Positions 1 through 14,937 of a stretch of DNA of 54,885 nucleotides are shown here, piece by piece. The position numbers and the translations under genes are program-made. The stretch is from the NCBI RefSeq assembly GCF_001194135.2, contig NC_068991.1, forward strand, positions 40,782,461 through 40,837,345, given 5' to 3'. The stretch's first letter is position 1; every line of letters begins with the position of its first letter. A model generated the notes under the pieces. That model saw only the letters and a list, made by a program, of their open reading frames with translations, did no database searches and had not been told where the DNA came from. The DNA comes from Octopus bimaculoides. Lineage: Eukaryota.

Positions 1-232
1 GGCACATAAAAGACACCATTTCGAGCGTGGCCGTTTTCGTGCGGGTGACACGTAAAAGCACCCACTACACTCTCTGAGTGGTTGGCGTTAGGAAGGGCAT
101 CCAGCTGTAGAAACTCTGCCAAATCAGACTGGAGCCTGGTGTTGCCATCCGGTTTCACCAGTCCTCAGTCAAATCGTCCAACCCATGCTAGCATGGAAAG
201 CGGACGTTAAACGATGATGATGATGATGATGA
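1..232 (+). mobile_element. RTE/SINE (GAT)n-tailed repeat. Related copies at ~1480-1680, 4650-4857, 11700-11925, 23986-24025, 33985-34165
   Basis: Shared GGTTGGCGTTAGGAAGGGCATCCAGC...GGACGTTAAACGATGATG sequence. Confidence 0.85.
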
Positions 233-571
233 TATATACATGTATGTTTATGTATTTGGTATTTATTCATCAAGCCAGTGGGATAAAAGGCAAAGTCAGC
301 CTTAGTAGGATTTGAACTCAAACAAAAACCACAAGTTCAGCACATTTCCATTTCTACTACCTATCATCTTAATGATAAAAAGGATTTTTCACATTAGGAC
401 AAGACAACAATCAATCTTACTGTTATTGTAAGATTGTTACTGTACTGGCTTCAGCTATTTTATTACCTCCATACCTACATGCATGTATGTATGAATACAG
501 CAACAAATTGAATAAAATCCATAAAAAATTTGTTTTCAACAAAAAATTGTGACAAGATATTCTGAACTTAC

Positions 572-684
572 CAGAAAGAGTGATTAAAATTCCCAAGAGC
601 TGAAGAAAATGTAATGATTCATTAAAGAACAGATAAGCACCAAAAAGAATCAGACAGAATTTCAGGTGGCCCACCATATTATAG
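572..684 (-). CDS. SLC35E3: SLC35E3 coding exon 5 (113 nt; YNMVGHLKFCLILFGAYLFFNESLHFLQLLGILITLSG); 3' boundary tentative
   Basis: Acceptor cttcag|C TAT AAT ATG completes the phase-2 Thr codon. Contains the YNM.GH.KFC signature. Probable donor G|gtaagt at 572/571. Confidence 0.88.
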
Positions 685-2133
685 CTGAAGGTCAGTTAAG
701 AAAAGAAAAAGAAAAATTTGCAAAAATAGAACAATGTACAAAGTTTAAAATTTTTACTGGCTTTTAGAAATGTAGAAGGGAAAAACTATTGCCATCATTA
801 ATGAAATTGCTTTAAATAGTATTAAAAGAATGTCACACAATTTTTTTCAATATGTCAGAGGAATGGAGGTCATGACTTTTGTAAGCCAAGTGAGACAGAT
901 GGGATTAATGTAGCTGACTACTAACCCAAGCATCTCAGGGGAAAATGTGAATGGGAGTCTGTAAGAGGCATCTGAGGACCAGATGGAAATGTTAAACCAA
1001 ATGGTATGTTGGTAGATAACACATCTGAAATTGTTTGCAAGGTGAATCCTTTGAGATTGTGAAGTTAGTTATAGAAGGATAACAAGTTGAGATGCACCTA
1101 AAAATCACAATGTACTTTGTCCTATATTCATCTGCACTTGCCTCTTACCCTATTCTCACTTTTTCGGTAACTGTGAAGTAATAATAATAATAATTAGTGA
1201 TGATGATGGTAATGATAATTTCTTCCACTGCCACATTGCAATGAATTTTGAAGGAAGTTTTAGTCAATTAAATCAATATTGGATGGTTGAGAGGTAAAAT
1301 CGATCCCAACATGATTTGAACTCACAATGTAAATAGCAGAAACTAAATACTGAGAGATATTACATCTGATGTTTTACCGATCAATTTTGACATCACTTAC
1401 TCTTATTGCTATTTATCCAGAAGAACAATAAACAAAATAAATCTCAGAGGTATTTAAACTTAGAATGGTGGTGTAAAGCACTCATGCAGGGTCACATAAA
1501 GGCGCCTGCGTGGTGCCACATAAAAGTGCCTGAGTGGTGCCATGTAAAAGCACCCGTGGCACCACATAAAAGTGCTTGTGCAGTGCCATATAAAAGTACC
1601 CAGCATATACAGTAAAATGGTTGGCATTAGGAAGGGCATCCAACCATAGAAACCATGCCAAATTAGACTGGAGGCATTACTGAGTGAACCAACACCAGTC
1701 GGTTCATGCCTGATGTTTCTTTTATTGAACCACCAAGAAGAACGAAAGGCAAAGTCAATCTCCCACTGGATATGAACTCAGAATATATTTGGTACTCACT
1801 CAGCTATTGGAAGTGATGCTGTTGACTAAATCAATCACATTATATGTTTAATTTTTTTCTCCCCTCAAACATCAAAGGATGAAATGCTAAGTTGGCATTT
1901 GCAGAATTTGAATTAATTTCTTATAAATCACAGAAGCACTTTATTACATGTAAAAACCATAACATTCACAACAAAGACTGGCAGTTTTCTCTGTTGCTGT
2001 GTGAGCCATATGAAGAACTGCAACAAGTAGCAAAGAGCTGCACAGAAACATACTCAGCTAAGCAATACCAGCACAAAAAAAAAAAGAAGTAAAATAATTT
2101 GTATGAAAATGTCATGATCAAGTAAACAAGTCA

Positions 2134-2376
<243 letters not shown>

Positions 2377-3232
2377 CTACTGAGATTATGGTAATCTATA
2401 AAGAAGCATAGAATTAATCACCAAGGGGTGCACACATGATAATAATTGTATAACATTTTAAAGAAATTATAAAGCTCTAACAATTATTTTTTCTTATATA
2501 TCACAATATTACAAAAACAATTAATGGTGTCTTAGCCAGTATGGTAAAAGCCATTTACATAAGCAATGAACCCTTCGTCATTGAAATCTTTAATCTTTGT
2601 CGGATTATAACTGCATCTCAGTTTCTACAAAAACTATTCATTTTGCTGCTATTTATTCTTTTGTAGAATGAGGAAACAGCTTCAGGCTTTGCTAATGGAA
2701 GGCTCTAGTTATAAAAGATAGTAGACACAGTACTCAATCCTTATCATTTCACCTCATTTTTCCATGCTTGCATGGTACCTTACGCCTTTGTGAAATTCAA
2801 CATTTGTTCCTCTTCCAAGTTCTTTCTACTTGGTTTACTTAGCAATTCTGCAGCCATCCCTCATGTGCATGTCTATATCAGTGCAGTTATCTCCCTTGCA
2901 CACAACAGCCAATTCTTCTCGTAGAACATAACTTATTTTTTCCCAGCCTTTGTATAAAACATCATACAATCTGCTATTCACTTCTAGAGAGGATTCTTTT
3001 GCTGCCAACAGAGAATAACAGCTCCCTCAACTTTTTTCACTATGCCATTATCCTACTTACTACAATTTCCCAACACTCATCTCCTACCTATTAGGTTATT
3101 GAGGTAGCAGATGCTATCAACCACTTCTAGCAAGTCTTCTAAGCATCTGAAAGAAAATCTACCTCAATGACTTCTGTCTGAACCTGCAAATATGGAAAAA
3201 GTGGACGTTAAAATGATGATGACAATGAAATA

Positions 3233-3275
<43 letters not shown>

Positions 3276-3561
3276 CCAAAATCATCAATGATATGGCTCT
3301 GTCTCGCTTGCTGTAGGAAGCTTGTCTAACTTGTCAGTCATTAAAAAAGTGCTTCCTGTTGCTAAGAGTTGATCTGACTCTTATTTCTAGCAATGTTGGT
3401 GCTGACTAGCACTCTCAATCACCTTAGTGACATCTCTACTTGTGCCTATATATATATATATATCATCATATTAAATCCATTTTCTTTCATATTTGCATGA
3501 GCTGGGCTGGGCTCAAATTCGTTATAAAATAAAGCTTAAGAAATAAAATGCAAATACATAC

Positions 3562-3714
3562 TGCTGCATGCAGATTCCAAGGTGGTAATAAATAACTGAA
3601 AACTGGTTCAAAGAATGGAATTATGAAAAGGAGCATCAATGTTGAAATTGGTGCCTGGTAATATAACAACTGCATAGAGTTCACTTGTAATTCATGTTGT
3701 TTTTCTCCAACCCA
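3562..3714 (-). CDS. SLC35E3: SLC35E3 coding exon 3 (153 nt; WVGEKQHELQVNSMQLLYYQAPISTLMLLFIIPFFEPVFSYLLPPWNLHAA)
   Basis: Acceptor ccacag|TGG and donor GCA|gtatgt. Contains the KQHELQVNSMQLLYYQAP signature. Confidence 0.95.
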
Positions 3715-4056
3715 CTGTGGAAAGAATATGAATACAGATTAAATATTATTGTTGTTATAGAAACATTTAACAAAATAAATGCACACACACAAAAACACAC
3801 AGGTGTGCGTGTGTGAAAACACACCCAGCTATGGGGAAATATTACCTTGCTTGGAAATGGGTGAGGATTAGCAACAGGAAGGGCATCTGACAGTAGAAAA
3901 TCTACCTCAACAAAGTCCATCTCCCAACCACAACCACATGGTTCCGGGTTCAGTCCCACTGCGTGGCACCATGGGCAAGTGTCTTCTACAATAACCCTGG
4001 GCTGACCAAAACCCTGTGAGTGAATTTATTAGGCAGAAACTGAAAGAAGTTCATTA

Positions 4057-4157
<101 letters not shown>

Positions 4158-4860
4158 ACACACGTATATCATCATCATCATTTAACATCTATTGTGTGTG
4201 ATTGTGTCTCCTTGTGACATCGCGTGATAGTTATAAAATGATTGTTAATGCCATACAAGTAGTGTCGTCCATTTCCAATCTTCTGGTTATGGGGAAATAT
4301 TTTATTGCTTGGATACAAGTGAAGGTTGGCAACAAGACATTAAGAGGATCATGATGATGATATATAAACAGGCACAGGAATGGCTGTGTGGTTAAGAAGC
4401 TTACCTCACAACCACTAGCTTCAGACATTTCATAAAGAATAATGTTTGCCACTAAAAACAAGGAAAGAGCACTAAAATTAAACCAGATCTTGTCTCGCAG
4501 GAAAATCAAAAATATAAGATAGTTTTGATAAGTTTGCTTCTTAAGCACATAGTTTCAGGTTTGATCCCACAGTATGCCAACTTGGCTAAATGTTGGTATT
4601 CTAGCTCAGGGTCGATCAATGCTCTATGAGGAAATTTAGGTGACAGAAACTGCAGGAAGCCGGTGGCATGTAAAAGCACCATTCGAACGTGGTTGATTCC
4701 TGTGCTGGTGGCACGTAAAAAGCACCCACTACACTCTTGGAGTGGTTGGCGTTAGGAAGAGCATCCAGCTGTAGAAACCTTGCCAGATCAAATTGGAGCC
4801 TTAGTCAAACCGTTCAACCCATGCCAGCATGGAAAGCGGACGTTAAACGATGATGATATG

Positions 4861-4893
<33 letters not shown>

Positions 4894-6031
4894 TCCTCGT
4901 TGACCTTATGACTGGTCTCTACGCTTTCATAGACCTATTGGGAAAATAAGCACGAAGAGCAACCAGCCATAAAATTCTCCCTCAAATAAACCCATGTCCG
5001 TTCAATACAAGACCAGTAAGGCTGAGGGAGAATTAGTTGATACAGAGTTACCTCCCTTGTCCCCCCCCACTATACCTTTTTCCCTTTTTAAGACTCGTAG
5101 AGGAAACATTTCTCTTCTAAAGTGCATCTTCTTTTACTTGTTCCAGTCATTAGACTGTGGCCGTGCTGGGGCACAGCGTTGGTGAATTTTTAGTCAAATG
5201 AATCGACTCCAGTATCTCGGTAAATAGAAGTTATTCAATTCTCAATATTACATATATATGATTGGTTTTCCCCCAGGTTGGTGAACGCAACGTTTCGTAA
5301 GCTAACTCAAATGCAAATGATGAGTATGATGTTTTCAACACACAGTAGATCTTTGAATGTTCTGATATTGATTTTCTTTTCAAATTTCCTCTATAGAATG
5401 CCCTGTATCAGAGAGCTGAGATTATAAAATATCAAGCAAATAAGTAAATGGCATGGGCAAAGCTACATATAGACTCGCATCCTTTCCAGAAACCACTCAT
5501 TCTCTTGGCTGCTTAACACTTCAGAAACTGTAATGAAGGACCAACACCCAAACTTTATGCTTTGTGGAAGAATTAACTCAACATATATCTGATATTCTAA
5601 AAACAGCTGAGCTTAACACTAAGATATAAAATAAACTTCATTATTTTCTAATGTACTTTAGTCACAAGCTTATCATTAATAATAATGAATGTTGTCCTTT
5701 CATTATTTATTGGTTGCCTGTTTATTTTGAGAAAATTCTCTGCCAAAGGCAATGATTTTCCAAACATTTTTATCATTATTTTCACTCAAACAGAAAATTG
5801 TGTAAACATCCTTCAATATTTAATCCAATTTTGTATGCTTTTAGAACGGTCAACAGAAAATGTGAAAGAAATGCATAATGTCTTGTTTCACATATAATTG
5901 CCACCGTGTGAAATTGGTGTAGTGATTCACCAACTTTATTTTCATTTCACATTTTTTCTGCATACACAATACGGTAACTTTACATTTGTACTCTCAACTT
6001 ATGAAGCATGATTCATGTTTTAATACTGTTA

Positions 6032-6205
<174 letters not shown>

Positions 6206-6294
6206 TCAAGGGGAAAATAATAGTGTAAAGTAAATGTAATATAATCAGTTGAACCAGAAAATTTTAGTTAACACACAAACATATATAATAATAA

Positions 6295-6690
6295 GTCCAG
6301 ATTTAATGATTATAGATAAGGTAAAGCAAAGCTGCTTACTTATTAACCCATCATGCGCATTTGATTCCAGGATTGTAAAGAAAGAGGAAGAAAAACAAAG
6401 AAAATACAATTCCTTAAAATTTGAAATAGGAAGAATTTGGAGCATGCAGACAGTAAAGGTTGCACCTGTAATAATTGGTGCATTGGGAACAGGAAGCAAT
6501 TGAAATAGAATGCTCAGTGGCGCTCCTACAGAAAGTTTGTTTCTTAGGGACAGCAAGGATTATCAGGAGGGTTCTTAGACTGCTGAAAACCTGTGGATAC
6601 CTAAAGTTACAGGTAGTATCCCACATAAGTCCTACCAAGAATAAGACCAAAGTGAGCCAAACCAAAATAATAATAATGAAGATGATGATG
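6295..6690 (+). mobile_element. 3' end of an RLE-type (R4/Dong/NeSL-like) non-LTR retrotransposon, in SLC35E3 intron 1
   Basis: PDLMIIDK...KEEEKQRKYNSL...VAPVIIGALG and LLQKVCFLGTARIIRRVL; (AAT)/(GAT) tail. A second short tail copy lies at ~6715-6800. Confidence 0.8.
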
Positions 6691-8336
6691 ATAATAACAA
6701 TATAAAGGAAACCGGAATAGTGTGCCCAGTAGAACTATTACAAAAGGTTTGCCTCCTTGGCATGACCAGAATAATCAGAAAAGTATTAAATAGTTGAAAA
6801 GAACAGAGAGCATGGTACCATAGGCTACAGGCAGCAAGCCCACTATACATGCAAGACTCCAAGAGCTACAACAAAACCTAAGGTAAAACAAATGATGATG
6901 ATGATGATAATGGTCTCAAATTTTGGTACAAGGCCAGCAATTTTGGGGAAAGGTTCTCAACTGGTACTTGGGATCAATATAATAATTATTATATAATAAT
7001 AATAATTATTAATGATATAATATGTCGACTTGGAACTTATTGCAAAGCTTCATGATAAACAACATTTTTTGTTTTCCCATTCAGGGGTCAGTACAATTGT
7101 TTTTTCTGTCTAACCTCTTTATTTCTGTTGATTGTTTTCAACCATCATCAGTACTACCAACATCGCCACCACGACTGCCATACACACACCATTCAGACTT
7201 CTGACACCACTACCATCAACACCTTTGACTTCATCACCTTCCTCTCCACCACCATCACCACTGTCTTTCACAACCCTTACTATCACCATCATGCTTGACC
7301 GCCTCAGCTACCACTACCACCACTATCATCACCATTGCCTCCGCCTCTATCACAACAGCTCATAGTATTACTATCACTCCATTACTATCTGAACTGTCAA
7401 TCTACTACCGTCCCCTCCCCAGAAAAAGGAGTAGAAGCATCATCATTGAATAGTAAGAGAGGGGGTGAAAGTGTGACACACTGACACACAGAAATTCGTT
7501 TTGGTATTTATTATTATTATATATATATATATATATATAGTGCATATATTTGAAAGTACAGCTCCATGAAAACTGTGTTGAGGCATCTTTAATCACTGGC
7601 TCACACAGAGGTGACAGTGTGCTCATTCCTAGAATCTAACTGAATCCTAGTAATACCAACACACTCATCACATTACAGAGGATTCAATTTGACAAAATCA
7701 GAATATTCCTGAAGCAACTAGCGCTTACACAAGGTCATCTCTAAGTACCTCAATAATGTCAGTGTTCACACACTTAGCAGAGATAACAATCAAGACATGG
7801 AACAAGGAGTAACTTGAACAAAAAAATGTCATTTACTTTGAGGTTCTTTATATATTTGTTGCTTTATATATGAATATATATATGCATACGCCCCAAAACA
7901 ACAAATATTTGAAGAACTTGTGTGTGTACATATATTCTTTTACTTGTTTCAATCATTTAACTGCGGCCATGCTAAAGCATCGCCTTGAAAGGTTTTAGTC
8001 GAACAAATCAACCCCAGGACTTATTTCTTAAGTCTATTACTTATTCTACCTGTCTCTTTTGCCGAACAGCTAAGTTACGGTGATGTAAACACACCAACAC
8101 AGGTTGTCAAGCAGTGATGTGGGGGACAAACACAGACACAAAGACATACACACACACACATATATATATATATACACACATACGACGGGCTTCTTTCAGT
8201 TTCAGTCCACCAAATCCATTCACAAGGCTTTGGTTGACTCAAGACTATAATAGAAGACACTAGTCCAAGTTGCCATGTAGTGGAACTAAACTTGGAACCA
8301 TGTGGTTTATTTTGTATGATGATCCTTTCGACCTAT

Positions 8337-8760
8337 CATCACCATCATCATCATCGTTTAACGTCCGCTTTCCATGCTAGCATGGGTTGGACGATTTGAC
8401 TGAGGACTGGTGAAACCGGATGGCAACACCAGGCTCCAATCTAATTTGGCAGAGTTTCTACAGCTGGATGCCCTTCCTAATGCCAACCACTCAGAGAGTG
8501 TAGTGGGTGCTTTTACGTGTCACCCGCACGAAAACGACCACGCTCGAAATGGTGTCTTTTATGCGCCACCCGCACAAGAGCCAGTCCAGGGGCACTGGCA
8601 ACGATCTCACTTGGCTTGCCGGGTCTTCTCACGCACAGCACATTTCCAAAGGTCTCGGTCAGTAGTCATCGCCTCGGTGAGGCCCAATGTTCGAAGGTCT
8701 TGCCTCACCACCTCAGCCCAGGTCTTCCTGGGCCTACCTCTTCCACGGGTTCCCTCAACT
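8337..8760 (-). mobile_element. RTE 3' end with (GAT)n tail
   Basis: VEGTRGRGRPRKTWAEVVRQDL, then the GGCATCCAGCTGTAGAAACTCTGCC...GGACGTTAAACGATGATG tail. Confidence 0.85.
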
Positions 8761-8959
8761 GCATACAAAATAAAGACTAATACCAAATCCATCTTCTGTT
8801 TACTTAATCATTATTATCTCAACTAACACTACGGAATTCCTGAAGTAGATCCAACTGAAATATACCTCAATTGCGGATGACACCAGGTAGCCCAAACCAT
8901 ACCAGTGCTTTACTCAACACATCAACACACTAATCGACATATACCCATTAGTCCAAAAT

Positions 8960-9262
8960 ATTACATATATATTATACCATGGACTCTCCTGTCGTGAGAC
9001 GATGTATGAGGGTTCGGCAATTTCTTGTTGAACAACCACACAAATGATTTGTTTATAGTGATCAAATGTTTGTGTTCAAATAAGCTCACTCCCTCCATCA
9101 TATCGACATTACCTGTACAGGTGCACCATGTGCCACACGTCAGATGAGGAAATGATCGCAGAGCAACTTTGCTCAAGAACACAACGCAACGCCCGGTCTG
9201 GAAAGCGAAACCACAATCTCGCAATCCTGAGTGCAACATCCTAACCACTAAGCCATGCGCCT
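8960..9262 (-). mobile_element. tRNA-derived SINE
   Basis: Head GGCGCATGGCTTAGTGGTTAGG (A-box-like) followed by a non-tRNA body. Confidence 0.7.
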
Positions 9263-9280
9263 TCATATATTTATATAGCT

Positions 9281-9426
9281 CAGAGGTTCCCAATATTTTC
9301 ATTACCAAGGACCTCTTTTATTTAAATGAATTTTCCCACGGGCCCTAGGAAATTGAAAGGTTTGTCAGCTTAACATGTTCACGGACCCCACTACTAGCTT
9401 TGCGGACCACAGGTTGGGAACCACTG
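9281..9426. mobile_element. hAT (Charlie-like) MITE, 146 bp
   Basis: TIRs CAGAGGTTCCCAA/TTGGGAACCACTG; perfect 8-bp TSD ATATAGCT. Confidence 0.9.
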
Positions 9427-10219
9427 ATATAGCTGGACGCATCACACGAATCCGAAGAAACTTTTTTAAACAAAATAGACGGGATGGAGGGCGTATTCGG
9501 CACGTATAGAGTGAGTGCTGTCCTAGAATAATGTAATCGTCTGGAATGCAAACTAGCTGCATTGTCCTTGGGACAGTTAGGTGGTTGACCCTATATACGG
9601 CGCGAGCACTACCAAAAAGGGTATAGAAGACCAAGGTAATAATTGCGATGGGACGGGAGAAATCCAATAGGTAACCAATATAGAGAAAGGATGTAACAAA
9701 GAAGTGACACTATGGATAAAAGATGAGAAAATTATCTTCAAATTAGGAGAAACGGCGAAAAAGAAAAATAACATTAATGTAGAAGGGAGAGCAGTTTGTG
9801 TTCAAAGTTGGTAGACATATAAAAACACCTTCAATCTAGATTCATCAAATACACAGATTAAAAGTTTTTAGATTTTACTACATTTTGGTTTTATTCGACT
9901 TCTAATAGTGTTGATGTGTATGATATATCTGTATAATATAGCTGACAAAAAGATAATTCAGGAAAATATATATTACTCGAGCTCACTTATAATTATATTG
10001 AAAATCATAGAAATAATTTCATTACTAGAATTCGAATAATTCCTTTAATATCTTTATAGTTTCAATTGCCTGTTTTAAAATATTAATTATATCAGTGATA
10101 GATTGTATCATCTTACAAGTTATGATGGATGGCATCCATGCACTTAAATGCTTGTAAATCAAAATATACGAGGCCGCATTGAATTTTAGCAAAAGTATCT
10201 ATAAATTGTTTTAGCTCTA

Positions 10220-10747
<528 letters not shown>

Positions 10748-12349
10748 CTAATGTCACTTAAGTTTTCTCTCTTTCGTTCCCACGGTACCCTAGATCACTT
10801 TGCCAGCAGGTACCCGGCGTAATAGTCACTCGGTTGTTGACAAGCAGTTGATTCAAATACTAATGCTTATTCCTGTTCGAATATTAAACAATTGGTATAT
10901 TGTTTCACTTCATTTAGTTTATATATATTTTGGTTTTTAAAGTATAACAACAGTTATATTCAACTTTTCCTAGAAACGTGCACACTGGTACTAATTAAAC
11001 ATTTAGAATAATAAATATTTTTCTTTTCTTTTTTTTACCGAAATATTGTGTAAACGCAGTCTCTCAACTAAAGGGAAAACAAATTACGATCCAAAAGTGC
11101 GAAATACACTGTTAGTCGATGTAATATATATATTTTTAATTATTTTCTAATCAGTTTTGGTAGAGTTTTTCTACCTAATACTCTTTACTAGTACATTGAA
11201 ATCACTCTTGAAGAAGATGGTACAATTATAGTTATGCACTACAAATCTCACCATCATTGCCCTTAGTATGACTTGTCAAAAAAAAAAATTTGGAAAGTGG
11301 TGTAATGCAAGGGCTCTTCAACTTTTCTTTCCAGCACGCCCCTTCATCACGTCTGACAGTGTTGACGCATCACATGGGAAGAACGTAGTGTAAAACAATT
11401 ACATACAATAGAAAAGGCAGTAGACACGTATTATTTGTTATTAATTTAACAAGTTCAAATCTTGCTATGGTCAGCTGGGAGCTGAAAATTTGTTGAAGCT
11501 GCATGTCGTTTCCCATATAAAACCAATCAACGATATTTAGTTTTAATGAATCATGACAAGGGACTGAGACTTCTAGCGGTTTGCTGTGCTTGAGAAGACA
11601 TGTCAAGCTAAGAAAAATTGTGGTTGTCCATGCATACAGGCAAGTTCCCTACATCCCTCTACAACTGAGCAATTCTAATCCTGCAGACTTATAGGTACTG
11701 ATGCCATGTAAAAAGCATCCATGCTGGTGCCATGTAGAAGCACCCATGCCAATGCTGCATAAATGCATCCAATATACTCTGTTAAGTGGTTGGCGTTAGG
11801 AAGGATATCCAGCCATAGAAACCATACTAAAACAGCCTGGGCAGCTCTTCAGCTGACCAGCTCCTGTGAAACTGTCCATCCCATGCCAGCATGGAAAATG
11901 GACATTAAATGATGATGATGATGAATTATATTTATTTCCATAATGACACTACAAAGGTAGCTAGTGTGTGAGAATGTGTGTTTGGCAAGAGGAGAAAATG
12001 TAAATCTTCATGCTGGGCAAGGTGGTCTTTTAACATGAGCTCAAAGTAGCATGACTACCTGTTGACCAATAATACCTCTGTCAGTGCTTGCTCCCCTCTG
12101 GTTTGTACTTCATGTGCATGTCAATTTATAACAATTATTCAGCATGAAAGTGCATGGAATTTTCCATTACTCTTAATGTTCCCACAAATGCACCAGGACA
12201 ACAACTGGCTAAAATGTAAGTTAACATCACCTGATATGTTGTAGTCTTTGTCTGTTACAGGGCTGACATTGTTTCAAATGCTCAGTACTGCAACACATCT
12301 GTTCATGGGCGATAAAATAAAGTGCCAGTCAAGTACTGGATTCAATAAA

Positions 12350-12568
12350 CAGTAATCCCTCAAATATCGCGGATGTTATGTTCCAAAACGCCCTGCAATT
12401 GGTGAAAATCTGCAAAGTAGAAACAGTACTGTATGTTTCTTTTTTATTATTTTTATAATTTGTACATACTTATTTTATTATAAATGCAAAACAACACCAT
12501 GGAAGAATCGACGTAAGCTTAAATAATAAACCACAATAGGTAAACCGTGGTATGGCAAGGGATTACTG
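12350..12568. mobile_element. Tigger/pogo-type MITE, 219 bp
   Basis: TIRs CAGTAATCCCT/AGGGATTACTG followed by TA on the right. Confidence 0.8.
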
Positions 12569-13537
12569 TAATTAACTGTTCCCTTCCCACTTCAGAAGTT
12601 GTGACTTAGTGCTCTGTAAGAAAGAAGTCAATTTCATTCAATTTAATGTTACATTTTTAATGAGATAAGTGAACTTGGTTCTTTTTAACAAATAACTCAA
12701 TTCTAAGTACAGTTTCAGAGGGACATTCCTGTATAAAATTCTCATTTGAGAATCATGCACAAGATCTATGTTGAGTTTTAATCTTTGTTAACAAACTTGC
12801 TGAAAACTTAGTTCTCCATTAAATTCCAGTGTTTTCAAAAACCTTACATACCCCTGCATATGTATGTATGTATGCATGCATGCTTGTATGTATGTATCTA
12901 TATATGTATGTATGTCATTATTCAGTTTTATTTCATGATTTCTTGCCAATAAAGAAGCGGTTTCTAACCTAGATCGAAGGCTTCTTCACTATGTATGTAT
13001 GCATATATGTATGTATGTCTCTTCTATCTTTTAATTATTATAAATCTTCCTCTGAGGAGGGAGCCGGTTTCCAACAAAGATACAAGGCTTCATCTCTGGG
13101 ATGTAGTTAACACAGACAAATTCCTATTTGGAACTTGAGAAACGTCTTGCATATTTTTACTATTCCACTCACCGATTGCACTTGTAATGTACAAATTAGC
13201 CAATCAATTTCTCTTTCTGAAAATCCCAGTTTATCCAGATGTATATGCATGTGCAGGTGTATTTATGTATAGGCACACACAACTGATGTCTTTCAGTTTT
13301 CATCTACCAAATTCACTTGCAAAGCATTAGTTGGTCATGGGCTATAGTAGAAGACATTTGCCCAAGGAGCCATGCAGCAGGACTAAACTCAAAATCATGT
13401 GGTTGAGAAGCAAATTTCTTATCCACACTTCCAAATGGGGATTAATACACCTTATAAACAAGCCCATAAAGAACTTCAATGTGGTCACTAGACCTGCAAG
13501 AAATAACAACCAAATCTTCAAATTATACCTTATCATT

Positions 13538-14937
13538 TGTTGTGATAAGAGTACAACACCCTCTGACAAGAATACATATAAATAGTTTGAGTTAGTTGAT
13601 TGTTGATTTGTAAAAGATTGTTGGTTTATTATGTGTTTGTTACTACTGCCATTACTATTTGCATTGTTATAACTCTGTTATAGTGTATTCTTTATCTATC
13701 ATTGACAATATCAACTGTACTACGATATTGGAGGCTTATATCAATCATGGTTGGAGACAGAGAACCCATGGTCTAGGTTACATATCAACTATGCTAGACC
13801 AGTGAACAGTGCTTACTATTTAATCATGGTAGACAGCTGTACAAAGTGGCCAGAGGTATGCAGGTGCAATAAACCAACCGCTAAGACAACTATAAAGTTC
13901 CTATATGAATTGTTTGCATGATACGATGTTCCAGACACATTAGTTTCTGATAATGGAATGCAATTCTCAGGGTATGAATTGAAGAATTTCTGTAAAATGC
14001 ATGCAATAAAGCGTATTTTCACTCCTCCCTACCACCCGAGGTCAAATGGGCTGGTAGAAAGATTTGTGGACACATTCAAAAGAGCACTAAGAAAAGTTAG
14101 GAATGAATTAAGTAATGATGAAGCACTAACAAAATTCTTAAGGGTATATAGAGTAACCCCCAATCCAAGTACAAATTCAGGAAAGTCACCCACAGAATTG
14201 ATGCTTGTGAGAAGAGTAAAATCGATTTTTGATAAGTTATTGCCAGAGGAAAAAAGATGTAAAGGAAATACGAAAGATGCTACAAAATATTTCGAAGTAG
14301 GAGATAAAGTGCATTTTAAAACCTGCAGTAATGCTCAAGAAGGTTGGGAGGATGGCCCTGTAACCAAAGAAATAGGAAGTATGATGTATCTAATTAAAGG
14401 ACCATGCTGGGAACATAAGAGACATAAATCAGCTAAAGAAGAGACAAACCAAAGAACGGAGAGAAATTCCTATAAAAGTATTTTTTTATTTATTTGATGT
14501 CCCAGCACTGAAAGTAATGGAGTCCTGTAGAGCCAACATGAGAAAATGGAAGCAGACCAAACACCTTGAGATAAGGCTCAAGTGAAAAAGATACTAAATA
14601 ATAATAATAATAAAATTTCATTATTCCTATGGAACTTGAAATCTCAAAAGGGGAGATGCTGTGGAGGAGTACAACACCCTTTGACGAGAATAGACGAGAC
14701 CACTACATATAAATAGTAGCAGTCTGACATAGTCAGCAGTTTGTAGTTTGGTCTTCGAAGTCTAGGAACAGTTTACAGTTTGAGTTAGTGTGTTGGAAAT
14801 ATTGATTGTTGGTTCATTAAATGTTTGTTACTGCCACTGTTTCTATTTGTATTGTTATAACACTTTTACAGTGTATTCTTTATCTATCATTTACAATCTC
14901 AACTGTACTACGATATTGAAGGCTTAAGGATATAACA
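13538..14937 (+). mobile_element. Internally deleted Ty3/Gypsy element: 5' LTR 13538-~13743, integrase fragment, PPT, 3' LTR 14657-14937
   Basis: Direct repeats start TGTTGTG/TGCTGTG and the element ends ...TAACA. 5-bp TSD TCATT at 13533-13537 and 14938-14942; PPT AAAAGGGGAGA before 14657. Integrase motifs LVSDNGMQF and PPYHPRSNGLVERFVDTFK. Confidence 0.92.

Noticed and set aside
9200-9262. tRNA gene
   Set aside because: Only a tRNA-like head is present and it continues into a SINE body; no full cloverleaf.
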